From: a virus
DNA: 64,000 bases
Direction: 5' to 3' (one strand)
Virus record (IMG/VR): IMGVR_UViG_3300008111_000005
Coordinates: 40,872 to 104,871 of that record
How positions within the stretch are numbered: the first letter of the stretch is position 1; every line of letters starts with the position of its first letter. Positions 49,245 through 57,376 of the stretch are shown here, one piece after another. A program made the translations under genes and the position numbers. The notes beneath the pieces are model-generated. The model searched no databases. It was not told where the DNA came from and saw only the letters and a program-made list of their open reading frames with translations.

Positions 49245-50558
49245 TTAAGGTAAAAATCCATATTGTTCGTTAAACTCTTTTGAATATCGTCCTGTTTCGT
49301 CTGTATGATCGGCGTGTGGTATTTTACCACCGTTTTTCATTACGATTTTTTGTTGTTTGATAAACTTATCAATATCAAACTGTCCTTCCAAATATCGTTT
49401 AATCTGCGCCAATCGTAACTCAACACCTTGACTGTATCCGTACATCAATGCATCTTCGTATTTTTGTCTATCTGGATGTAGTGACAATGGTGTTTCTCCT
49501 TTATGCACCATTAACTTTTCAAATATACCGAATGCCACTTTCCAATTCAAGCAGGTGTCTGTACGATTTCTCCAATCCATATCAATACCTGTACCAGGAC
49601 AATGTGCCTTACAAGTTAAGAAGAAACGACATCCTTGACATCCACCGTGTTCCTGCGGTGTGTGGTATAACGCCATTTGACGTTCAAATCCATCATATTG
49701 GGCTTTAATCCAATTAATACCTTCTTTATTTCCACGACCACAATTTGCTTGGTTTCCTTGTGAATCAATACCTTGCACTGCGTGGGTAGTATATGGGTCA
49801 CACGATAAGAAGGTACATGTTGCATTATTATCTTGTGCCTTTAACATATCTTCTACGTCACGGAAAATATCGAATCGAAATGACCGTTTACCAGGACCAT
49901 TTAATTCATTAATTTCAAACTCCCACATATCCAGTAAGAATTCAATATTTTGTTCTGGTGTTAACGCAAGTGATTCCCCAATTGAACTGTGGTCAATTTC
50001 TAACGGATGGAGGCGAGCGCCATCAACACCCCACGATTGAAGTTCTTTTACCCATGCCTTAAATCGGTCACGGTATTTTGGAAGTCCATTCTTTTTGTGA
50101 ACAGTGATAATTAAACCAAGAGAAATTTTATTAGCTAATAGTTTCTTAATTGCTTCAAATGATTTACGAGTAGCTTCTCTGGTTTTTTCCAATGACCCCG
50201 CCCAACGAGTATCATTCATTTCATCGGGTCCGTCGAGGGACACACCAACGTGAACGTTATACTTCTTGAACATTTCAATGTGGCGGTCGGTGATTAAAAC
50301 ACCATTTGTTTGGATACCATTTGCTTTATAGCGTTCGTATCCCCACTTAAAAATAGTTTCTAAATCGTCAATATCAGTTAATAATGGTTCACCACCAAAT
50401 AGAGTAAAGTTACCACCCTCTTTGGCCAAACCTTCTAACATTTTTTCAACAGAATATGTTTTTTGACGGAAGTTACCCGCGTCACGCATAGGATGTTCGT
50501 AACAATACGGACAACTTAAATTACATACTACTCCAACTGGTTCCAATTCAATCGTCAT
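49245..50558 (-). CDS. radical SAM/SPASM enzyme (peptide-maturase-like)
   Basis: CNLSCPYC, FGGEPL, IQTNG, GVSLDGP; SPASM-type CTFLSC..NC..CQGCRFFLTCKAHCP..C. Confidence 0.9.
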   Translation of the reverse strand: MTIELEPVGVVCNLSCPYCYEHPMRDAGNFRQKTYSVEKMLEGLAKEGGNFTLFGGEPLLTDIDDLETIFKWGYERYKANGIQTNGVLITDRHIEMFKKYNVHVGVSLDGPDEMNDTRWAGSLEKTREATRKSFEAIKKLLANKISLGLIITVHKKNGLPKYRDRFKAWVKELQSWGVDGARLHPLEIDHSSIGESLALTPEQNIEFLLDMWEFEINELNGPGKRSFRFDIFRDVEDMLKAQDNNATCTFLSCDPYTTHAVQGIDSQGNQANCGRGNKEGINWIKAQYDGFERQMALYHTPQEHGGCQGCRFFLTCKAHCPGTGIDMDWRNRTDTCLNWKVAFGIFEKLMVHKGETPLSLHPDRQKYEDALMYGYSQGVELRLAQIKRYLEGQFDIDKFIKQQKIVMKNGGKIPHADHTDETGRYSKEFNEQYGFLP

Positions 50559-50587
50559 ATAACCTCGTGATTAATAAATCATTTTAT

Positions 50588-50616
50588 AAGTTACTACATT
50601 CCACCCACATTGTCAA
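50588..50616 (-). promoter_or_regulatory. sigma70-type promoter of the radical SAM operon
   Basis: TTGACA-17 bp-TAACTT; GAGG RBS before ATG 50558. Confidence 0.65.
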
Positions 50617-50622
50617 GCCCCA

Positions 50623-51393
50623 TTATGGACCAACAAATACTGGTTGGTCACTATGTGGTGTGGTATTATCTGTATGAGCAGCGGGAGTAGTGTTATCGGT
50701 GTGTGCAGCCGGTGTGGTATTATCCGTATGAGCAGCGGGAGTAGTGTTATCGGTGTGCGCAGCCGGTGTGGTATTATCCGTATGTGCTGCTGGAGTCGTA
50801 TTGTCCGTATGTGCTGCATTGATAGTAGTATTTGTGTGTGCCGCGGCAATGTCTGTGTGGCTGGTAGCAATGTCTGTGTGACTCGCTGGTGTGGTATTGT
50901 CCGTATGTGCTGCGTTGGTAGTATTATCCGTGTGTGATGCGTTAATAGTGGTATCAGTATGTGCTGCTGGCGTGGTGTTGTCGGTGTGTGCAATGTTAGT
51001 GTGGGATGTAGCAATATCAGTATGAGATGTTGCTATATTCGTGTGGGATGTTGCGATGTCGGTATGCGCAGCATTCGTAGTGTTGTCTGTATGTGATGCG
51101 TTAATAGTGGTGTTAGCAAACGCAATATTCGTGTGTGAATTTCCAGTGTAATTGTCTGTGTGCGCAGCTGCGATATTAGTATGCGATGCAGCAACATTGG
51201 AATGTGGTGTAGTGCTGTTACTAAACGCAATATTACTGTGTGCAATATCGGAATGTGAAGATATTGTCGCAATATTACTATGCGCAATATCTGTATGTGC
51301 TGACGACGCAGCGGCATTACCGTGTGCGATATTTGTATGTGATCCAGCCACATTGCTATGACCGCCGGGAGAATAACTATCGGAATGTGCCAT
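50623..51393 (-). CDS. His-x-Asp/Asn repeat protein (256 aa)
   Basis: about 31 H-[TSG]-[DN] motifs plus 2 F-x-N motifs; the protein is almost entirely repeat. Confidence 0.85.
   Translation of the reverse strand: MAHSDSYSPGGHSNVAGSHTNIAHGNAAASSAHTDIAHSNIATISSHSDIAHSNIAFSNSTTPHSNVAASHTNIAAAHTDNYTGNSHTNIAFANTTINASHTDNTTNAAHTDIATSHTNIATSHTDIATSHTNIAHTDNTTPAAHTDTTINASHTDNTTNAAHTDNTTPASHTDIATSHTDIAAAHTNTTINAAHTDNTTPAAHTDNTTPAAHTDNTTPAAHTDNTTPAAHTDNTTPAAHTDNTTPHSDQPVFVGP
50657..50812 (-). repeat. 27-bp coding tandem repeat (HTDNTTPAA, about 6 copies)
   Basis: near-identical 27-nt units with mostly synonymous variation. Confidence 0.8.
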
Positions 51394-51410
51394 AAAATAT
51401 TATTCCTGAA

Positions 51411-52571
51411 TTATGAGCAGAGTTCGTTGGTACCACCACATACTTGATAATTAGAACACGCTAGGTAATAAAAACAACCCGAACATGTAACCAAATTGAT
51501 ACCATCACATACACTAGTACCATCGGTGCAACAATAATTATTTGTATGAGAGGCATTTGCCGTACTGTCTTGGTGGGATATTGAAGTATTAGTGAATGCA
51601 ATATTATTATGCGCAATATCAGAATGTGAAGATATCGCCGCAATATTACTATGTGCTATATCCGTATGTGCGGAAGAAGCTGCAATGTTACTATGCGCAA
51701 TATTAGTATGTGCCGCAGCGATATTTGAAAAGTTTGTAGTACTATCCGTATGACCTATTGATGTATTCGTATGTGCTGCGTTGGTAGTACTATCCGTGTG
51801 TGCGATATTTGTATGTGAATTTGGTATATAACTGTTTGTATGTGCAGCAGGTATTGTACTATCGGTATGCGGAATTGTGGTATTCGTGTGTGGTATTGTG
51901 GTGTTGGTATGTGGAACTGTGGTATTGACGAACGCAATATTTGTGTGAGCTGCTGGTGTGGTATTGTCCGTATGTGCTGCATTGATAGTAGTATTTGTAT
52001 GTGCTGCGTTGATAGTAGTATCTGTATGTGCTGCTGGTATCGTAGTATTTGTGTGAGGAATAGTGGTATTTGTGTGTGGAGTTGTATTATCTGTATGTGA
52101 TGATGGTGTGGTGTTATCTGTATGTGCAGCAATCGTGGTATTGTCTGTGTGTGCAGCAATTGTTGTATTATCGGTGTGTGCAGCAATCGTGGTATTATCG
52201 GTGTGTGCTGCGTTGATAGTAATATCAGTATGTGCTGCTGGAGTGGTGTTATCGGTGTGTGCCGCAGTTACGTCGGTGTGACCACGAATTTCACTACCTG
52301 TACCAGAAATCCAATGCCAAAAAGTACTTTCAACCCACACAGAACCAGCCTTTGCACCTGCCGCAGCACCTAAGTTTGTATATGCAATTGTACGGTCAAC
52401 CCCTGTAGCGGAGATATAATGGAAATCATTTCCATCTACCCACACCGATCCAGGTTTAGCTCCCGCTGGTGATGTACCGGCGGTACCAGTATAATAATAT
52501 TCATTTCCCGAGCCGTCTATGAAACGAAACGTTTCACCATCAACCCAGATACTACCAGGTGCCTTTGGCAT
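51411..52571 (-). CDS. His-x-Asp/Asn repeat protein with N-terminal GS(I/V)WV repeats and Cys-rich tip (386 aa)
   Basis: three PGS(I/V)WVD-type repeats, about 30 HxD/N plus 3 FxN motifs, 8-Cys C-terminus. Confidence 0.85.
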   Translation of the reverse strand: MPKAPGSIWVDGETFRFIDGSGNEYYYTGTAGTSPAGAKPGSVWVDGNDFHYISATGVDRTIAYTNLGAAAGAKAGSVWVESTFWHWISGTGSEIRGHTDVTAAHTDNTTPAAHTDITINAAHTDNTTIAAHTDNTTIAAHTDNTTIAAHTDNTTPSSHTDNTTPHTNTTIPHTNTTIPAAHTDTTINAAHTNTTINAAHTDNTTPAAHTNIAFVNTTVPHTNTTIPHTNTTIPHTDSTIPAAHTNSYIPNSHTNIAHTDSTTNAAHTNTSIGHTDSTTNFSNIAAAHTNIAHSNIAASSAHTDIAHSNIAAISSHSDIAHNNIAFTNTSISHQDSTANASHTNNYCCTDGTSVCDGINLVTCSGCFYYLACSNYQVCGGTNELCS

Positions 52572-52603
52572 ATATTAAAATCTCCACATAACGATAACTT
52601 TCA

Positions 52604-52611
52604 TATAAATA
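52604..52611 (-). promoter_or_regulatory. TATTTATA candidate late promoter
   Basis: 32 bp upstream of ATG 52571. Confidence 0.5.
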
Positions 52612-52614
52612 GAG

Positions 52615-53478
52615 TTATACACAAGTAAATGTTCCTAAACAACCAACTGGCCGTGCTGCACATACTACTGCGTAGACACTACTATTGGGATTTGTATAAA
52701 AATTTGACCCAGATGATGGACTACCATCGGCACAAGTTACATATCCTGCGGGACACGATGCATCCACACCACGAGTTCCTTGTGGACCTGTTGGTCCTTG
52801 TACACCAGTAATTCCCTGTACTCCAGCCGACCCCGTGGATGCCGCTGGTGCAGAAATACCTGTAACTCCTACAACACCCGTTGCTCCTTGTGGTCCCGAT
52901 GGTCCTGTTGCACCCGCTGTGGGTAATCCTACAACACCACCTACACCCGTAGCACCCACCACGTTTGTTAATCCCGATGGTCCTGTTTGTCCAATAATTC
53001 CTGTTATACCAAGAATTCCTTGAATACCTGTTGCACCTGTTGGTCCTGTTGCACCCGTTGCGCCTGTTGACCCAGACACTAGTGAACCGATACCTGTAGC
53101 ACCCGTTGGTCCTGTAATACCAATAGACCCCGATGCTCCTGTTGGCCCTGTTGGTCCCGTAGACCCAGTAACACCAGTTGGTCCAATAACTCCTGTTGGC
53201 CCTGTTGGTCCTAGTGGTCCTGTTGGTCCAGTTGGACCTGAGGTAGTTAATCCCGTTACCCCAGATACTCCTGTTGGTCCAGTAGACCCAGACCCAGCTA
53301 TACCTACCAAACCAATTGGACCTGTTGGACCTCTATCACCTATAACTCCTGTTGCACCAGGTCCATATGATGCGGTTAATACATTTACTCCCGCAGCGTA
53401 TGTTGCAGTAAATGCTAAATTACTATATAATGCAACGCTTGCAGTAGTTGGTGTACCAAGTGGAAAAAATGTGGTCAT
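52615..53478 (-). CDS. collagen-like fibre protein with Cys-rich C-terminus
   Basis: G-X-T triplets (GPT, GAT, GVT); five C-terminal Cys. Confidence 0.85.
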   Translation of the reverse strand: MTTFFPLGTPTTASVALYSNLAFTATYAAGVNVLTASYGPGATGVIGDRGPTGPIGLVGIAGSGSTGPTGVSGVTGLTTSGPTGPTGPLGPTGPTGVIGPTGVTGSTGPTGPTGASGSIGITGPTGATGIGSLVSGSTGATGATGPTGATGIQGILGITGIIGQTGPSGLTNVVGATGVGGVVGLPTAGATGPSGPQGATGVVGVTGISAPAASTGSAGVQGITGVQGPTGPQGTRGVDASCPAGYVTCADGSPSSGSNFYTNPNSSVYAVVCAARPVGCLGTFTCV

Positions 53479-55037
53479 AGGAATGCGTTACTGTGAGCGG
53501 CAGCGACATTTGAATGTGCTGCGGTGATATTGGAGAAATTGGTGGTATTGTCTGTATGTGCGGCGGTAATATCCGTGTGTGCTGCGGTTATATCCGTGTG
53601 TGCTGCTGCAATGTTACTATGTGCAATATTTGTGTGTGCTGCTGCAACATTTGAAAATGCGATGTTACTGTGTGCGATATCAGTATGTGATGCGTTGGTA
53701 GTATTATCAGAATGTGATCCTGGTGTAGTACTATCAGTAAATGGAATATCGGTATGTGACGACGGTGTAGTACTATTTACGAATGCCGCATCGGTATGCA
53801 CACCTATTATATCACTGTGATCATTAAATGGACTACATGGTGTACCAGATGGACAAGAAGAATATCCGAAATAAAATAAACATCCAGGCCCCGCATCACC
53901 ATCTAAACAATAAACACCAGTCGCTGCATCATCACCATGCCCGATTGTACTGTCCGAATGTGGTTGATCAGTATGTGAGGCCGGCGTGGTACTAGATATT
54001 GCCGCAATATTAGTATGTTCTGTGTTAATAGTAGTATTTGTGTGTGCTGCGTTAATAGTACTGGAACTTCCCGCAATATTTCCGTGTGAAATATTTGAAT
54101 GTGGTGTGGTACTAGTAATTCCAGCAATATTGGTATGTGCTGTATAATTGTTTGTGTGTGGTATTGTGATATTTGTAAAGTTTGTAGTACTGTCGGTGTG
54201 TGCTGCAGTAATATTAGAATGTGGTGTAGTACTATCACTATGTGGGACCGTAATATCGGAATGTGTTTGATTACATGATCCCGTGACGAAAAATGCAGCT
54301 CTTCCCGCAGCACCTTGTGGTCCTGTTGGACCGACTGGCCCAGAAGGACCGGTAATACCTGTAACACCAGCGGAACCGAAGGTATTAGGACCACTAATAC
54401 CCTGTGAACCTGCTGCACCCGTTGCTCCTGTTGGTCCTACTGGTCCTGTTGCTCCAGCACTACCAGATGGACCGATTGGCCCCGTAGAACCAACTGGCCC
54501 CACACCTGTTGGTCCTGTACTACCTTGTGGTCCTGTTGGACCTGTTGAACCTGTTGGTCCAGTTGCTCCAGCAACACCCGCTACACCACCAAATATACCA
54601 ACACTACCTGTTGGACCTGTTGCACCAATTGCCCCTGTTGGACCTGTTATACCTCGACTACCTGTTGGTCCCGTAACACCGATTACACCAGTGCTACCAG
54701 TTGGACCTGTTGGACCCGTGGGGCCTGTAGATCCTGTGATGCCACTTGGTCCAGTTGGACCTGTTGACCCAGATGTTTGTGGTCCAGTTGATCCTGTGGG
54801 TCCAGTTATACCGATAGAGCCGGACACGCCAGTTGGACCTGTTGGACCTGTTGGCCCCGTTGCTCCTGTTGGTCCTAGTGGTCCTGATGGTCCTGTAAAT
54901 CCACCTATAGCGAACGATGCAGTAGCATATCCAGACCCACTATTTACCGCAACTGACGCTGTAAACGTCAGTACACTTGCAGATAATGCGAATGAACTAG
55001 TAGTTGGTGTTCCGTATGGGAAAAACTTAAACGTCAT
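53475..55037 (-). CDS. collagen-like protein fused to His-x-Asp/Asn repeats
   Basis: about 200 aa of G-X-Y, then about 26 HxD/N plus several FxD/N motifs with a 4-Cys insert. Confidence 0.85.
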   Translation of the reverse strand: MTFKFFPYGTPTTSSFALSASVLTFTASVAVNSGSGYATASFAIGGFTGPSGPLGPTGATGPTGPTGPTGVSGSIGITGPTGSTGPQTSGSTGPTGPSGITGSTGPTGPTGPTGSTGVIGVTGPTGSRGITGPTGAIGATGPTGSVGIFGGVAGVAGATGPTGSTGPTGPQGSTGPTGVGPVGSTGPIGPSGSAGATGPVGPTGATGAAGSQGISGPNTFGSAGVTGITGPSGPVGPTGPQGAAGRAAFFVTGSCNQTHSDITVPHSDSTTPHSNITAAHTDSTTNFTNITIPHTNNYTAHTNIAGITSTTPHSNISHGNIAGSSSTINAAHTNTTINTEHTNIAAISSTTPASHTDQPHSDSTIGHGDDAATGVYCLDGDAGPGCLFYFGYSSCPSGTPCSPFNDHSDIIGVHTDAAFVNSTTPSSHTDIPFTDSTTPGSHSDNTTNASHTDIAHSNIAFSNVAAAHTNIAHSNIAAAHTDITAAHTDITAAHTDNTTNFSNITAAHSNVAAAHSNAFL

Positions 55038-55052
55038 AACACTTACTCTCTA

Positions 55053-55784
55053 TTACGGTGTATTTGCACCTGTTGGTCCTGTTGCTCCTACTGCACCTGT
55101 TGGTCCTGTTGCTCCCGTAGCACCCGTAGCACCGGTTGGCCCCGTAAATGCGGTTCCTTGTGCTCCTGTTGCTCCCGTTGGTCCCGTGATACCGATAGTA
55201 CCTTGTGGACCACTTGCACCTCGTGGGCCAGACGGACCCGTTGCTCCTGTTGCGCCTGTTGGTCCTGCACCTGCCACACCTGTTGCTCCCGTTGGTCCTG
55301 TCGCACCTGTGACACCTACTGGACCTTGTATACCTTGTACACCAGATGCTCCTGATGGTCCTGCAGGCCCCGTTGGTCCTGTTGCACCAGTTGGTCCTAT
55401 AATACCCGTAGACCCTTGTGGACCCGTAGGACCAGACGAACCACTTACTCCAATCGGTCCAGTTGGACCAGTTGATGCTGGTCCTGTGACTCCTGTTGGT
55501 CCCGTTAATCCTTGAATACCTGTTGGACCTGTTGGACCTGTTACTGATGATGGTCCTGTTGGTCCTGTTGCTCCTATTGGTCCCGTTGGACCGATTCCCG
55601 TTGGGCCAGAAGAACCAGACACACCAGTTATAACACTTGTTGGTCCCGTTGCTCCCGTTGCACCACCTCCTGTTAATGAGTATGATGCCGATGGTCCCGA
55701 TAGCACGAATGATGCAGACACCGCAGTTGATGCGGTATATGCTAACGATGCGCTAAATGTTCTAAACGGGAAAAATTTTAACAT
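55053..55784 (-). CDS. collagen-like fibre protein
   Basis: G-P/A-T triplets over about 200 aa. Confidence 0.85.
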   Translation of the reverse strand: MLKFFPFRTFSASLAYTASTAVSASFVLSGPSASYSLTGGGATGATGPTSVITGVSGSSGPTGIGPTGPIGATGPTGPSSVTGPTGPTGIQGLTGPTGVTGPASTGPTGPIGVSGSSGPTGPQGSTGIIGPTGATGPTGPAGPSGASGVQGIQGPVGVTGATGPTGATGVAGAGPTGATGATGPSGPRGASGPQGTIGITGPTGATGAQGTAFTGPTGATGATGATGPTGAVGATGPTGANTP

Positions 55785-55794
55785 AATATTCTAG

Positions 55795-55802
55795 TATAAA
55801 TA
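55795..55802 (-). promoter_or_regulatory. TATTTATA candidate late promoter
   Basis: 10 bp upstream of ATG 55784. Confidence 0.45.
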
Positions 55803-55815
55803 TTTGACCAACTCA

Positions 55816-56514
55816 TTAAGCTGGTTGTTTTTGCGGTGTTACGGCGTGCCACTTTCCAATTGGACATGATGCGGATGCCAATTGTGTTTTTGTTTTCATA
55901 AAACATCCACACTTTTCACAACGGAAACTATCCGTTTTCAAAAATTCACAACCCTGACACATTGAAAATCGTTGAAATGCTGCATCCGCGTCAACCAACA
56001 CAGGTAATCCCGCTGCTGCGTTCTTTCCCGTATGCCACATTTCCTTTGCAAAATTACGTGCTTGTTGGAACAATGAAGGAAATTGTGTGGTATCTTCGGT
56101 TTTTATCATTTGTTCCGTTTCTTGATATTGCGTATGCATTGTTTCGTTATGTTCATATGCAGCATCTACATATGACCGACCTTCCATCATTTTCAATGCG
56201 GTGACGATATCCGTTGCCACACTCATTGCATTCATACCATGACGGAAAAATAACGGGGTATAATTTTTAGGGGCAAAGTAATATACCGCTTGTGTTAGTG
56301 GTCGAGGAAATACCGGCGGTTCTTCTCTATAACAAATAATATGTAAATGTACAGGATTGAATTGATTCTGTACTTGTGCTTCAAAATCAGTTAGAAACTT
56401 TCCTTTGAAATTTTCACATCCTTCTGCAAGAACAACTGCTAATACTGGATGTTGTGCGTTGTCAATTAAATCTTTTAAATCGTGAAATAATTCTACACTC
56501 ATAAATAACCTCAA
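55816..56514 (-). CDS. protein with C-terminal Cys-rich DUF6171-like domain
   Basis: RFSMCQGC..RCEKCGCFMKTKT.LASASCPIGKW. Confidence 0.65.
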   Translation of the reverse strand: MRLFMSVELFHDLKDLIDNAQHPVLAVVLAEGCENFKGKFLTDFEAQVQNQFNPVHLHIICYREEPPVFPRPLTQAVYYFAPKNYTPLFFRHGMNAMSVATDIVTALKMMEGRSYVDAAYEHNETMHTQYQETEQMIKTEDTTQFPSLFQQARNFAKEMWHTGKNAAAGLPVLVDADAAFQRFSMCQGCEFLKTDSFRCEKCGCFMKTKTQLASASCPIGKWHAVTPQKQPA

Positions 56515-57362
56515 TCTTCTAGTGAAAAGACGAATAGTGATGCGGATACCGTAGTAGTTGCCGCGCCGTTTGTTAAACGATAATATGTTTCTGATGATGG
56601 ACTGACGATATTGTTAACCAAATCATTATCGTTTCGACCAACTATAATAGGTGATAGTGGCATTGCAGAACTATCTTCCATATAAATATCTGCAATTAAT
56701 CCACTACTTGATACTGGGTCCGTATTAAACGATCGTGATACTTCCGATGGGTTATCTCTATAACTTGCACTTGTGTACAAACGTAATCGTAATGGACTGG
56801 CGTTTGGTTCAACCTTATACAAGAGATATGTCTTAGGAGATACTATACTTCCAGTTACGGATGACCCCGATGATATTGTCGCAGAAGGTAACGTTAACGT
56901 TTGTCTTGCGTTTACTCCTGCTAAGTTTGTTACAGTTGTATCTTCAATTAAAAATCGTGTTAATGAAATTCTATCTTCCCCCGTTAATGGGAAGGAAGAT
57001 CCTGTATCAATGGTATAATATATATCAGGTGATACCGCATTGTCAAGGTTCAACCCAAATATAGGTGGGGCTAAACGAAATAATGTTTCGGTATCTAAAT
57101 TAATATCTGTTATTAACGATATGTTGGATGGTATACTTTGTGAATTAAATGGACGAATTAATTCACCAGGATCATTACGACTTCCAGAATCACCGTATAA
57201 TCTTACACGACACCGAGTACTTGCCTGTATTGCCGTGAGTACAAATGATCGTCCTATTGATACCGATCCCGTAATTCTTGGTGATGCGGTACCAACAACA
57301 ATACCCACAGTTTCTCGTTTTAAGTTTGTAGCTCCAGCGAGAATTTGTTCTCTAAGTCCCAT
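56511..57362 (-). CDS. putative virion protein with two internal repeats
   Basis: RVRLY..SR.DP.E..R.F.....S...I.DI occurs twice; lies in the fibre cluster. Confidence 0.6.
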   Translation of the reverse strand: MGLREQILAGATNLKRETVGIVVGTASPRITGSVSIGRSFVLTAIQASTRCRVRLYGDSGSRNDPGELIRPFNSQSIPSNISLITDINLDTETLFRLAPPIFGLNLDNAVSPDIYYTIDTGSSFPLTGEDRISLTRFLIEDTTVTNLAGVNARQTLTLPSATISSGSSVTGSIVSPKTYLLYKVEPNASPLRLRLYTSASYRDNPSEVSRSFNTDPVSSSGLIADIYMEDSSAMPLSPIIVGRNDNDLVNNIVSPSSETYYRLTNGAATTTVSASLFVFSLED

Positions 57363-57376
57363 ATTATAACCTCTTA

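Noticed and set aside
49245-50558. rSAM as anaerobic sulfatase maturase, QueE or RNR activase
   Set aside because: No sulfatase, queuosine-pathway or class III RNR genes in the window; context and the HADH tail point to the repeats. Not formally excluded without a family search
50657-52260. Regular DNA repeats as a possible CRISPR array
   Set aside because: Units are in-frame codon repeats with synonymous variation and no unique spacers; no cas operon
50613-52373. Alternative-frame His/Ile- or Cys/Val-rich ORFs over the repeat genes
   Set aside because: By-products of repeat periodicity; variation is synonymous in the HxD/N frame
54283-55515. 410-aa plus-strand Pro/Val/Gly ORF
   Set aside because: Antisense shadow of G-X-T collagen codons; it spans two real minus-strand genes
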